DNA of 64,000 nucleotides from Dehalococcoides sp. JdFR-54 (GTDB taxonomy: Bacteria > Chloroflexota > Dehalococcoidia > JdFR-54): NCBI GenBank assembly GCA_002011475.1, contig MTNP01000008.1:74980-138979 (forward strand), written 5' to 3'. The notes below the pieces were generated by a model, which worked only from the letters and a program-made list of their open reading frames with translations, made no database searches and was not told the DNA's origin. Each line of letters starts with the position of its first letter. Position 1 is the first letter of the stretch. The position numbers and the translations under genes are program-made. Shown here in pieces: positions 10,526 through 20,051 of this stretch.

Positions 10526-11026
10526 CTAGCCCAACCTTTGCATGCCCCTGACTTGGTGAGCCAGCTCTTTGGGCACGGCTAGCTTGATCACGGGGCTGCG
10601 GTCGTATTTGGCGGGATTTAGCACCTGAAGCACAGTGGCCTGGCAGACGACCTGCCCCGCCCGGTCTACGGCGTTTACAATTGCCCCCTTTCGCGGCAGG
10701 GGCAAGAACTCGTGTACAAAGGATACTGCTGCCTCCCTTTCGGAGTAGGTCATATCCACCAAGAAGATAGCCTGGCCAGGGCAAGCGGGGAGGCACAGCC
10801 CACAGCCCCGGCACCTATCAACTACCAGTCGGGGCAGATTGGTAATCGGTTGTCCTACCTCTATGGCTCCAAAGGGACAAGCCGACTCACAAGGATTGCA
10901 GGGGATCTCCTCTATGCATTCAATGACGGCCAGAGGACGCTCCTTTAGCTCTGCCTGGCTAGGAAACCCGGGGGAGGCTTCTAATTGTTCTATGGAAGGG
11001 ACCCATGTCCTGGGTTGGCTCGTCAT
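10526..11026 (-). CDS. 2x[4Fe-4S] ferredoxin-domain protein (proline-dehydrogenase-associated type)
   Basis: IECIEEIPCNPCESACP and CRGCGLCLPACPGQAIF, followed by an EFLPLP domain. Confidence 0.8.
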   Translation of the reverse strand: MTSQPRTWVPSIEQLEASPGFPSQAELKERPLAVIECIEEIPCNPCESACPFGAIEVGQPITNLPRLVVDRCRGCGLCLPACPGQAIFLVDMTYSEREAAVSFVHEFLPLPRKGAIVNAVDRAGQVVCQATVLQVLNPAKYDRSPVIKLAVPKELAHQVRGMQRLG

Positions 11027-11068
11027 AGCATTACCGACCTTTTCAAGAAGGCTCCATTTCTCCCCGAG

Positions 11069-12280
11069 CTAATAGATTACTCCTCTTTCCTGCAGCTCGG
11101 CCATCTTCTCCTTGGAGAGCCCCAATAACTCGCCAAGGACGTACTCATTATGTTCCCCAATTTCCGGGGCATGTTGCAACTCCTCGGCAACCCCATCCAT
11201 CTTGAAGGGCAAGCTGGTTGCCAGCATTTCGCCGGTTTCGGGCTGGCTCATGTGCACGAAAAGGCCACGTTCCCGAATGTGGGGGTCGGCAACCATCTCT
11301 TGGAAATCAAACACAGGTCCTGCCGCCACCCCAGCCCTTTGGAGAAGATGCATTACCTCGTAATGGGTATAGTTGATCGTCCATTGCCCGATCAGCCTGT
11401 CCAATTCGTCGTGGTTCTGCCAGCGCCTGAAGGCGTCGGAGAAGCGCTCGTCTTGAAGCCAATCTTCGTGCTTGCTGGCCCGGCAAAAGGCCTGCCATTC
11501 CTCATCCGTTGCTATGGAAATGGCCACCCACTTATCATCGCCCTGACAGCGGTAGACGCCCTGAGGCGCCATCAGGTTATCGCGGTTTGCCATGCGGGGA
11601 TAGACGTGCCTGTTCATGGTGAAATCCATTACTGCCTGGGGCAGGCAACAGATGCCGGTTTCTGTCATGGCCAGGTCGATATATTGCCCCTGCCCTGTCT
11701 TGGCACGGTGCTCCAGGGCTGCCAGGACGGCCACTACACCGTGCAAGCCAGCTAGGGGGTCTAGAATCACCGTTCCAATCCACTCCGGGGGACCGCCCGG
11801 ATAACCCGTGAAATTGGGGATGCCGGTGAAACCGAGTATGGTGTCGCCAAAGGCAGGGTGGTCCTTATCCGGGCCTGTAGTGCCAAATCCGGTTACGGAG
11901 AGCATTATGATGTCCTCCTTGACGGAGCGAAGGACTGGATAATCGAGACCCAGCTTGGCCAGTACCCCTGGCGTAAAGTTCTGTGTAATTATGTCACTTA
12001 TGCCGACCAGTTGTTTGACCAAGGCAATGGCCTCAGGTCGGCCGAGGTCTAAGGTGACTGACAGCTTGCCTGGGTTAAGCTCGTAAAACATGCAACCCCG
12101 ATTGAGGCCGCGTATCCCGTCCACATGGGGAGGCATACCCCGGGCGCCATCGGGTCTCCTTTTGCTTTCAATCTTTATGACCTCGGCGCCCATAGGCACC
12201 AGGAACCTGCCCACCGAGGGACCAGCCCAGTACTGACATAATTCGATAACTCTTATCCCTTCCAGCGCCAGTTTACCCAT
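11069..12280 (-). CDS. family III CoA transferase (CaiB/BaiF)
   Basis: LEGIRVIEL..WAGP, GAEVIKIE, QNFTPG, LDPLAG catalytic Asp region, GQGQYIDL, APEIGEHN. Confidence 0.9.
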   Translation of the reverse strand: MGKLALEGIRVIELCQYWAGPSVGRFLVPMGAEVIKIESKRRPDGARGMPPHVDGIRGLNRGCMFYELNPGKLSVTLDLGRPEAIALVKQLVGISDIITQNFTPGVLAKLGLDYPVLRSVKEDIIMLSVTGFGTTGPDKDHPAFGDTILGFTGIPNFTGYPGGPPEWIGTVILDPLAGLHGVVAVLAALEHRAKTGQGQYIDLAMTETGICCLPQAVMDFTMNRHVYPRMANRDNLMAPQGVYRCQGDDKWVAISIATDEEWQAFCRASKHEDWLQDERFSDAFRRWQNHDELDRLIGQWTINYTHYEVMHLLQRAGVAAGPVFDFQEMVADPHIRERGLFVHMSQPETGEMLATSLPFKMDGVAEELQHAPEIGEHNEYVLGELLGLSKEKMAELQERGVIY

Positions 12281-12298
12281 AGCCCCGTCTCCTTGCAC

Positions 12299-13519
12299 CT
12301 AGATTACGCCGCCTGCTCGCATTTGGACCAGTTCCTGGTGGCTAAAGCCTAATCGTTTCACGTAAATCTCTTCATTATGCTCGCCCAGGCGAGGCGCCGC
12401 CCGGGTCACCTGCCAAGGGGTCTGGCTGAGTTTGTAAGGGGGGCCCGGATACTTCACCTTGCCGATTTCAGGGTGTTCTATTTCCACGAAGAAATCTCGG
12501 GCGGCGAGGTGGCGGTGGTTCACCACCTCCTCAATGGGATTTAAGGGCTCAAAGGTGAGGTGGTAGTCATGAGATGCCTTCACAAAATCCTCCTTGGTGC
12601 GGCTCATGGCCCAGTCGCTGAGCAGCGGTTTTAAGGCGTCCCAGTATTGGGCCCGCGATACCTCTACCTTAAATAGCTCATTAGTCGCCCAGTCAGCATC
12701 GCTGGCCCACTGGCAAAAGCGTTGCCACTCTGCCTCCCCCGGCTGTATGATCTGAATCCAGACATGGCCGTCTTTGCAGGGGATAAGATGTCTTGGTGCC
12801 ATGCGCGGCGCATCAGTTCTGCGCACTATGTGCCTCTCGGCGTTGTAGTACATGATAGGCCACAGAATAATGTAGGCTATAGCTTCCTGCTGCGAGAGGT
12901 CTATATGTTGACCCGTGCCGCTGAGGCGCCGCTGGGCTACAGCGGCCAATGAGGCACCAGCAGCGATCACGCCGATGAAAAAGTCAGCAAAATGGCCTCC
13001 AGGCTTTAGGGGCGGCTTCTCCGGGTCTTCAGCGTTGAGGGGCGTAATGATTGCCAGACCACCAGTTGAATTGGCAATCAAATCGCTGCCCTTATAGTCC
13101 TTATAAGGCCCGGTCATCCCGAAGGGAGTAATGGAGGTCATTATCAAGCGGGGATTGATCTGGCTGAGCCTCCGGTATTCGATGCCCAGTTCCTCCATCG
13201 TTCCAGATTGATGGGCCGCCACAAATATGTCGGTTTCTTGGATCAATCTCTCCAAGATGTGGCGGCCGGTTTCGGTCTTAAGGTTTAGCGTTATACTCAA
13301 CTTATCGGTGTTGAGATAGGCGAATAGCCCACTTCGTTCTGGGTGGGGCACCCCGTCCAAAAAGGGCGGCGCCGTTCTGGCTTTATCGCCGGTGCCCACC
13401 GCCTCTATCTTGATCACCTCAGCCCCAAGCCCGGCCAGGAGCTTAGTACAGTAGGGCCCGGCCACCATATCGGCCTTTTCCAGCACAGTGAGCCCTGATA
13501 GTGCCCTCTCTGCCGCCAT
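12299..13519 (-). CDS. family III CoA transferase (CaiB/BaiF)
   Basis: AGPYCTKLLAGLGAEVIKIE, SITPFGMTGPY, GQHIDLS, APRLGEHN. Confidence 0.9.
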   Translation of the reverse strand: MAAERALSGLTVLEKADMVAGPYCTKLLAGLGAEVIKIEAVGTGDKARTAPPFLDGVPHPERSGLFAYLNTDKLSITLNLKTETGRHILERLIQETDIFVAAHQSGTMEELGIEYRRLSQINPRLIMTSITPFGMTGPYKDYKGSDLIANSTGGLAIITPLNAEDPEKPPLKPGGHFADFFIGVIAAGASLAAVAQRRLSGTGQHIDLSQQEAIAYIILWPIMYYNAERHIVRRTDAPRMAPRHLIPCKDGHVWIQIIQPGEAEWQRFCQWASDADWATNELFKVEVSRAQYWDALKPLLSDWAMSRTKEDFVKASHDYHLTFEPLNPIEEVVNHRHLAARDFFVEIEHPEIGKVKYPGPPYKLSQTPWQVTRAAPRLGEHNEEIYVKRLGFSHQELVQMRAGGVI

Positions 13520-14257
13520 GTTCAGAACCACTGCCAGCGCACTAATAGAGCAACGAACCCCGAGAGTGGCTCAGGAGCTATTATCAAAATCAAACCAATT
13601 ATTTGCATCACGGCCAGGGACTGATTTGCCGCCGGCATCACGCATATTACACCTCGAGCAACCTCGATGGATAGGGCTATGCCCTAACATTTCGGATACC
13701 TGCCTTGGTTGGCTGTAGATTCTCTCTAAAAGTGGATCCAGTTTCTCTCTTAAAACGAACCCACCGCCGGGCAAAATAAGAGTATCATAGGCGGGTCATT
13801 CCTTCAATCCTCCTTGTTGGTTTTGTCGGCTTGTCCGTGATGCGGCTGCCCTCGGGGTTCCTTTGGAAGTGCAGACTTGGCAGATTACTGGTGGCTGGCC
13901 TTTGGTCATTCTCACATTGTGCAACATCGAAAATTCAATGCAGACCCATATCGCCGAAGTTGAAAGCTGGATTGTTACTACATAGGTTACCCTGATGTCT
14001 TAATCTTTGCAAACCGGAAGAATCACTAGGTACTTGGATTTGAGAGGTAGGCATCGAAAAGTTGGCTTACTCTATCATATCTATGATAAAATCGATACAG
14101 CAGTTGACGTTGCCTTCTTATATTTGTTCACATGCAACGCCGAGTAATGGAGGTGATGCCTATGCTGAACGAGGCCAACCTCTTCGCTGCGGGCGGCTGG
14201 GAGGTTGGTTCGTTCTATTTCAATAGCCCGATAAATCTAAAAAAGAAAGGATAAACC

Positions 14258-14710
14258 ATGGAAGAGGCGGTCAAACGGTTTGCACCTATGATGAAGCTCA
14301 TGCTTGTGATGCAGGGGGCTTTGAGCAAGGCTTTCTACGAAAGATATGGAAAGGAAGCTCTCACGATAATAGCTGAAGTTGCGAGCAGGGGCGGTGTAAA
14401 GCGGGCGGAGATTATGCGGAAAATGATGCCAGTTATAGGCATGAAGGCAATTGGTGAACAGTTCAAGATGATGGGGTCGATGTTGGAGATGGGGATGGAG
14501 ATAATAGAATTGTCAGACGAGGTTTTTCACTTCAAGGTATCACGGTGTCCGCTTGGCATAGAGGGAACAAGTAGAGAGTTGTGTGAAGCCATGATGACCT
14601 CTGACGCGAAGATGCTAGATACCCTTCTGGGACAAGAAGTGGAGACGAAGATACTTCAATCCGTAGCAGCGGGAGACGAGAGATGTGAGGTTATCTTTTC
14701 TAAGAAGTAA
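14258..14710 (+). CDS. small ligand-binding-type protein (V4R / ATC-hydrolase-like fold)
   Basis: 150 aa, Met-rich, with spaced Cys RCP...ELC...GDERCE typical of V4R-like domains; SD-like AAAGGA upstream. Confidence 0.55.
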   Translation: MEEAVKRFAPMMKLMLVMQGALSKAFYERYGKEALTIIAEVASRGGVKRAEIMRKMMPVIGMKAIGEQFKMMGSMLEMGMEIIELSDEVFHFKVSRCPLGIEGTSRELCEAMMTSDAKMLDTLLGQEVETKILQSVAAGDERCEVIFSKK

Positions 14711-14851
14711 AGAAAAACAAGTTTGACACTCATATGCCGAAGTGAGACGCCATCCAGAGAGTAACGTGGGCGAATTCCCCAGGCTAATGCGATAAAGGCA
14801 GGTCTAAGATGGCCAATCCTAACGAGGCGGAGAGCGGCCGATCCATAGACA

Positions 14852-15002
14852 GGCGTGCAGGTAGTCTCCATCACGGAGCCTTTCGAGGACATCCCCTTGG
14901 GAAAGCTCCTCGAGGCCATCATCGAGAGTCTAGACGAGTTCTACTCGGGGATCTGTCCAAGAGAAGGCAGCGGTTCTTGATACCGTGCGCTAGGGTGGGC
15001 CA
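14852..15002 (+). pseudogene. internally deleted large serine recombinase remnant
   Basis: Manual translation from 14852 gives GVQVVSITEPFEDIPLGKLLEAIIESLDEFYS (resolvase catalytic-domain end and helix E), joined in another frame to EKAAVLDTVR*GGP, which runs into the att core. Confidence 0.7.
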
Positions 15003-15020
15003 ATATTAACTTTTCCACAC
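14994..15020. repeat. att-like site: 9-bp copy of the tRNA-Ile 3' end (GGTGGGCCA) plus inverted arm
   Basis: GGTGGGCCA at 14994-15002 equals 28411-28419; 15000-15020 matches the reverse complement of 28392-28412 at 19/21. Confidence 0.75.
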
Positions 15021-15084
15021 CAAAAAGTCGAGACCTTCTTCGAGGTCGCCATAGCTCACACCCCCCAAGGCGGGAGGTGGAGCT

Positions 15085-16056
15085 ATGGTCAAAGACCGTG
15101 AGGAGCCCTTCGGCCTTAGCGGGCTTATCGAGTTCATCGAGACGATCCTCTCGTCCATGGCCCTAGAAGGCCATGACCCCCTTTCGGCCATAATCGCCGG
15201 GCTGCCCGACACCGGCAAGACGGAAGCCCTGCTCCAGTATGACGCCACTGATGGAATATGTGTTGCCACGGACCTGACTGGGTATGGGCTATCTCGATTC
15301 CTTCGGGATATTCAAATTGGACGCATCCGCTACTTCATCATCCCCGACTTCTCCAAGCTCCTTAGGGGCAGGGGCAAAGCAGGTGACACTGTAGTCTCTG
15401 CCCTTATCTCGCTTTGTGAAGAGGGCATTTACAACCTGTCCACTTTCCACCAAGAGTTTTATTCTCAGACGCCTGTGAAATGTGGCTTTCTGGCTGCGCT
15501 CACCATAGATAGCTACCAAACGTGGCGCAAGGAGTGGCGTAGCTTGGGCTTCATGTCCCGGCTAATACCTTTCCTTTTAGGCTACAACCAAGAGGACATA
15601 GATGGCGGCTTGAAGACTATTCGAGCTGGGCGTAATCCCTTCAGCAAGAAGGCTCTCAGTCTTGCCAACAAGGTCACCATAGGGATAACCGACTCCCAGC
15701 TTGACCAGGTAGAGCGCATTGCCAAGTTTACTGCCACTCTCAACCGTGATTTTACCGCCTTCCGCTCCTTCAAGAACATGATCGGGTTCGTAAAGTCTCA
15801 TGCCATCGTTAGGGGTGACGATAAGGTGACAGCCGAAGACATAGCCTTCCTGCGGGCTTGTGTCCCCTTCTGGTGCGACCCCGCTGGAGATGATGCCCAG
15901 TTCTTCATTATTCGCCATCTCCCAGCCACAGTTAATGATTTGGTTAGCAAGCTCTCCTACTCGCAGTCTCTGGTCTACAACAAGCTCAGAGAATTGACGA
16001 GCAGGAGGCTGGTGAACAAGGACAAGATAACCGGACTCTACCATATCACGTACTGA
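15085..16056 (+). CDS. AAA+ P-loop ATPase (MCM-like) with C-terminal winged helix
   Basis: Walker A GLPDTGKT, Walker B-like YFIIPD, GFMSRL Arg-finger-like motif, C-terminal HTH/wing (YSQSLVYNKLRELTSRRLV..GLY); SD GGAGGTGG. Confidence 0.6.
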   Translation: MVKDREEPFGLSGLIEFIETILSSMALEGHDPLSAIIAGLPDTGKTEALLQYDATDGICVATDLTGYGLSRFLRDIQIGRIRYFIIPDFSKLLRGRGKAGDTVVSALISLCEEGIYNLSTFHQEFYSQTPVKCGFLAALTIDSYQTWRKEWRSLGFMSRLIPFLLGYNQEDIDGGLKTIRAGRNPFSKKALSLANKVTIGITDSQLDQVERIAKFTATLNRDFTAFRSFKNMIGFVKSHAIVRGDDKVTAEDIAFLRACVPFWCDPAGDDAQFFIIRHLPATVNDLVSKLSYSQSLVYNKLRELTSRRLVNKDKITGLYHITY

Positions 16057-16299
16057 GGTTATTTTTTACAAGAATAAGAAATATATAGTATTCGCACCGT
16101 TTTTGGAATTTATAGCTGGGTCAAATGTGAGGGCGTATGTAGCAGTTGTTCGGGGGCAAAGTGCCCCAATACCATCGGGGGACGGCGGTTCGATGGCGTT
16201 CCGGTAAGACAGTGCGGTGAACGAGCTATGAGCTGCATCGGCTGGGACAAAAGCCTTGATCCTGAATTTCACGACCTCGGTGCCAAAAAGCTGCTGGAG

Positions 16300-16473
16300 C
16301 CGAGTGGGCTCGTTGTCTAGCTTACCCCGCACGTATTGTCTTTTCCAGTGGTAAAGCACGCTCGACCAGATGTTATACCTGCGGCATATCTGGGCGGGCT
16401 GACTTTCCCCACTTAAGAGTTCCTCAACTACCTGGCGCTTAAACCGTAAGCTGAAACTCCCCTGACTTCACAT
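16300..16473 (-). pseudogene. IS3-family transposase OrfA remnant
   Basis: ATG at 16473 followed by TGA, then SQGSFSLRFKRQVVEELLSGESQPAQICRRYNIWSSVLYHWKRQY (HTH_Tnp_1 pattern); no OrfB follows. Confidence 0.75.
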
Positions 16474-16540
16474 GGCAAGGTCTTTTCTCCTGTTGATTAT
16501 ACTCCGACCCTGCCAAACCCTCCTAATCTTCCTAACCCAA

Positions 16541-16567
16541 TGTGTCCAGTCTCAGGGGTTCACTCCG
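16541..16567 (-). repeat. IS3-family left terminal inverted repeat
   Basis: Minus strand CGGAGTGAACCCCTGAGACTGGACACA about 70 bp upstream of the OrfA remnant; resembles IS3-type ends. Confidence 0.6.
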
Positions 16568-17850
16568 CTTCTAAGCGAAGGAATCCTCCCTCGCACCTCT
16601 AGAGAAGGGACAGTTCCGATGACTGCTTTTTCTTCAAGACGAGCAATTTCCTCGGGAGAAAGTCCTAACAGTTCGCCAAAGACGTAAGAGTTATGCTCAC
16701 CCAAGCAAGGAGCTGGGGAGCGCGTCCCCACAGGACTCTTAGAGAAATAGAATCCCCTTCCCTTAAAGGCGTGCGGGCCAAAACGAGGATGGCTGACAGT
16801 TTCCCAAAATCCACGAGATGCCAAGTGGGGATCGTTTACCACGTCCCGAGCAGTTTGCACCACACCTGCGGCGATGCCCTCTCGCTGCAAACGGCCCATC
16901 AACTCATGTGGAGGGTAGCTCCTAGACAGCGAAGCGATGATGGAATCAAGGTCGTCCTGATGGTGCCAGCGCGCTACGCCATCTGCAAAACGCGGATCGC
17001 TAGCAAGTTCAGGGACGCCTAGGACTTGACAAAACCTCAGCCACTCTTCGTTGTTGCGGATAGCCAGTGTAATCCAAGAATCCTCATCCTTGCAAGGATA
17101 ACATCCATGTGGCGCCATATAAGGATGTCGATTGCCGCTAGGACCTGCAATTCTCTGATTCATAAAATAGTCCATAATGAATTCGCCAATAATGTTGGTT
17201 ACCAACTCTCGCTGGGACAGCACTATATTGAGGCCTTTTCCGGTGTGCTTCCGATAGCGTAAGCCTGCCATGACCAGACCTGCTGCCAAAGTTCCCGCCA
17301 AAGGATCCGGTGTGGTAATATCAACAAACAGGCTTGCTTCATCTGTATATCCTGTTATAGATAGCAATCCGCCAAGGCAAGCAACTATGGGTGCATTACT
17401 GCCATATTCTCGCTCCGGGCCTGTGTTTCCCGAGCTGGAGACCGATACCATGATTATCTGGGAGTTCTCCCGCTGGAGAGCGGAATACCCCAGCCCCCAT
17501 CGCTCCATGACTCCTAATCTGAAGTTTTCCACTACTACATCGGAGATACGCACTAACTTAATAAAGAGGTCCCTTCCCTCAGGGGTGGTGAGATCCAACG
17601 TGCATCCTAGCTTATTGCGGTGCCTTCTCAAAGCGACCAGCCCTCGATTCCATGGGTCTTGCCCCGGGTCGTTATTCACATAGGCAAGGCCTTGAGGTGT
17701 AATTCGGTCTGGGTCAGGATGACGGCATGCTTCAATCTTAATCACTTCCATTCCAGCATCGGCCAGCAGGGAAGTGCATGTTGGTCCTGCCCAGAACATA
17801 CCCAGATCTAGGACCCTGACTCCTTCCCCAATTGGTTTCGTCTGTGCCAT
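16552..17850 (-). CDS. family III CoA transferase (CaiB/BaiF), catalytic-type subunit
   Basis: VRVLDLGMFWAGP, VVENFRLG, PDPLAG, APCLGEHN. Confidence 0.9.
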   Translation of the reverse strand: MAQTKPIGEGVRVLDLGMFWAGPTCTSLLADAGMEVIKIEACRHPDPDRITPQGLAYVNNDPGQDPWNRGLVALRRHRNKLGCTLDLTTPEGRDLFIKLVRISDVVVENFRLGVMERWGLGYSALQRENSQIIMVSVSSSGNTGPEREYGSNAPIVACLGGLLSITGYTDEASLFVDITTPDPLAGTLAAGLVMAGLRYRKHTGKGLNIVLSQRELVTNIIGEFIMDYFMNQRIAGPSGNRHPYMAPHGCYPCKDEDSWITLAIRNNEEWLRFCQVLGVPELASDPRFADGVARWHHQDDLDSIIASLSRSYPPHELMGRLQREGIAAGVVQTARDVVNDPHLASRGFWETVSHPRFGPHAFKGRGFYFSKSPVGTRSPAPCLGEHNSYVFGELLGLSPEEIARLEEKAVIGTVPSLEVRGRIPSLRSGVNP

Positions 17851-17852
17851 CT

Positions 17853-19025
17853 CTAGATCACCCTTGTTTGTCTCAGGCGTACCAAGTCCTCCCGCGTATA
17901 CCTTAAGAGCCCCCCGAAGATTTGCGCATTATGTTCGCCGAGGAGCGGCGCTCTGCTGTGTCGCCATGGAATATCCCCCATCTCTACCGGGGTTCCCGGG
18001 TAAGCCAGATTTCCTGCTATGGGGTGGTCAATACTAACAAAGTATCTACGGCTACGGTATTGTTGAGATTCGACCACGTCCTGAACGTTAGCGACGTACC
18101 CAGCGGTTACCTTGGCAGCCTGAGCCCAGTGGTAAGTCTCTTCCTTACTACGCTCACGAACATGAGGTAAAACGAGAGCCTCCAATTCCTGAGCATGAAG
18201 TCGCCGTTGCTCCATAGTCACGAACCGTTCGTCTTGTTCGATGTCAAAACCTAATAGTTTCTCGAAACGCGGCCACTCGTGAGGAAATACCCGAAAGTAC
18301 ACCCATCCATCCTTGCATGGAAGCATTAAGACAGCCTTTTGCCGAGTGGTTATTACTTTCCGAGCCATGTACAGTTCAACAGAAAAGAAATCATCGTGCA
18401 CTGAGACCTCCATGGAGGAAACTTCTACAAATTGCCCTTCTCCAGTGTTCTCAGCGTGATGAAGCGCCATGAGCGTAGCGGCAAACGCAGAAGCCCCCAC
18501 TCTGTAGTGACTTATGCTGCCTCCCGATTTTACAGGTTCTCGCTCCGGATTGCCTTGCTGATACATGGCACCGCTCATAGCTTGTATGGTAATATCCTCA
18601 GCTTGGTAATCCCGGTAAGGACCAGTCTGTCCCCAGGGTGAAATCGAAGTCATTACCAATTGCGGGTTTATTCTCTCAAGATGTGGGTAGCTCAGTCCTA
18701 AACCATCAAAGACCCCTGCACCCAAGTTCTCGACAATTATATCTGCTTTCCTCAGCAAATCTAGGAAAATCTTCTTCCCCTCCCTTGCTTCAAGATTGAG
18801 CGTGATGCTTTTCTTACCCGTGTTTAAGTACAAAAAGAGTCCGCTCTTTTCAGGGTGAGGTTCATCGTTAGGAAAGGGACCTTCTCTTCGAGCAGAATCC
18901 CCTTGGCCTGGCCTCTCTACCTTGATAACTTCGGCTCCTAACCCTGCGAGAAACTTGGTGCAGAATGGAGCGGAAATGTGCTCTCCGACCTCCAAGACGC
19001 GAACTCCCGACAGTGCATAGAACAT
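17853..19025 (-). CDS. family III CoA transferase (CaiB/BaiF), probably non-catalytic partner subunit
   Basis: LSGVRVLE, GAEVIKVE, SISPWGQTGPY, APLLGEHN; SISHYRVG at the position of the catalytic Asp. Confidence 0.88.
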   Translation of the reverse strand: MFYALSGVRVLEVGEHISAPFCTKFLAGLGAEVIKVERPGQGDSARREGPFPNDEPHPEKSGLFLYLNTGKKSITLNLEAREGKKIFLDLLRKADIIVENLGAGVFDGLGLSYPHLERINPQLVMTSISPWGQTGPYRDYQAEDITIQAMSGAMYQQGNPEREPVKSGGSISHYRVGASAFAATLMALHHAENTGEGQFVEVSSMEVSVHDDFFSVELYMARKVITTRQKAVLMLPCKDGWVYFRVFPHEWPRFEKLLGFDIEQDERFVTMEQRRLHAQELEALVLPHVRERSKEETYHWAQAAKVTAGYVANVQDVVESQQYRSRRYFVSIDHPIAGNLAYPGTPVEMGDIPWRHSRAPLLGEHNAQIFGGLLRYTREDLVRLRQTRVI

Positions 19026-19094
19026 TTCTTTACCCCCTATGCCAATGGTGCAAAAAGAGGTATGACATACTTGTTGAGTGATCGTGTTGCCTTT

Positions 19095-19949
19095 TCACAG
19101 CAGAGAAGGGAGAAAATCACTAAGTTCCTTAACATCCCACATTCCTTCCTTGTATAGAGTCCGCACCGGTTCTAGGTAATAGTGAACAGAGATTTCGCCC
19201 CCTCCTATATAAAAGACCTTTCCACTAATGTCAGTAGCCGAATAACTTGCTAAGTAGGCAATCAGAGGTGCCACAGCTTCGGGGGGACGCTCCTTGACAA
19301 ATCGTCTTTGCAGATATTTGGGAGTTTCATAGCCTGGAGGCACAGCAGTACCAGGCGAAGAGGACATTCTCGTAGATGCACTGGGACACACACAATTCAC
19401 TCGCACTCTGTACGGCTGTAGTTCTATTGCCATTGCCAGGGTAAACCCGATTATTCCCGCCTTAGCAGCTACATAACTCGCTACACCAGGGCGTCCATGT
19501 ATTCCAGCGCGGGAAGAGATATTGATAATACAACCACTTTGCTGTTCCCTCATAATACGAGCTGCAGCTCGACTACAGACAAAAGCACCCCTCAGATTTA
19601 CGCGAATAACCTCGTCCCACTCCTCTTCAGTCATGTTCCAAAGAAGATTCCGCCTTATCACACCAGCATTATTCACCAGAATATCGAGTTTGCCGAAGTG
19701 GTCCATTGCCTCTCGGATTACCCGCTCGCCTCCTTCCACCGAGGAGACGTCGGCAAAAACAGGAATTGCCTCGCCGTGGAACGCCCGTATTTCGTCTGCT
19801 ACTTTCGCAGCTGAACCGCCCGGGGAATCCGGGCAGCGATTATTCACGACTACGCGAGCGCCTTCACTAGCCAAACGCAGAGCGATAGCTCGACCAATTC
19901 CTTGGCCAGATCCTGTGACTACAGCTACCTTGTTCTCTAAAAGTTGCAT
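19095..19949 (-). CDS. short-chain dehydrogenase/reductase (3-hydroxyacyl-CoA dehydrogenase-like)
   Basis: TGSGQGIG, NNAG, catalytic YVAAK. Confidence 0.9.
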   Translation of the reverse strand: MQLLENKVAVVTGSGQGIGRAIALRLASEGARVVVNNRCPDSPGGSAAKVADEIRAFHGEAIPVFADVSSVEGGERVIREAMDHFGKLDILVNNAGVIRRNLLWNMTEEEWDEVIRVNLRGAFVCSRAAARIMREQQSGCIINISSRAGIHGRPGVASYVAAKAGIIGFTLAMAIELQPYRVRVNCVCPSASTRMSSSPGTAVPPGYETPKYLQRRFVKERPPEAVAPLIAYLASYSATDISGKVFYIGGGEISVHYYLEPVRTLYKEGMWDVKELSDFLPSLL

Positions 19950-20051
19950 GTCCCTTCTCCCTATTCCTCATTTGGGTACACTGGCTTACGTCCCACGCCT
20001 CAAACCTGTCTGAACTTATCTTCAAAAAGAACCCACTTCTTTACTACCTTA

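Noticed and set aside
13571-13774. 67-aa ORF upstream of the CoA transferases
   Set aside because: No motif or SD; probably intergenic or degraded DNA
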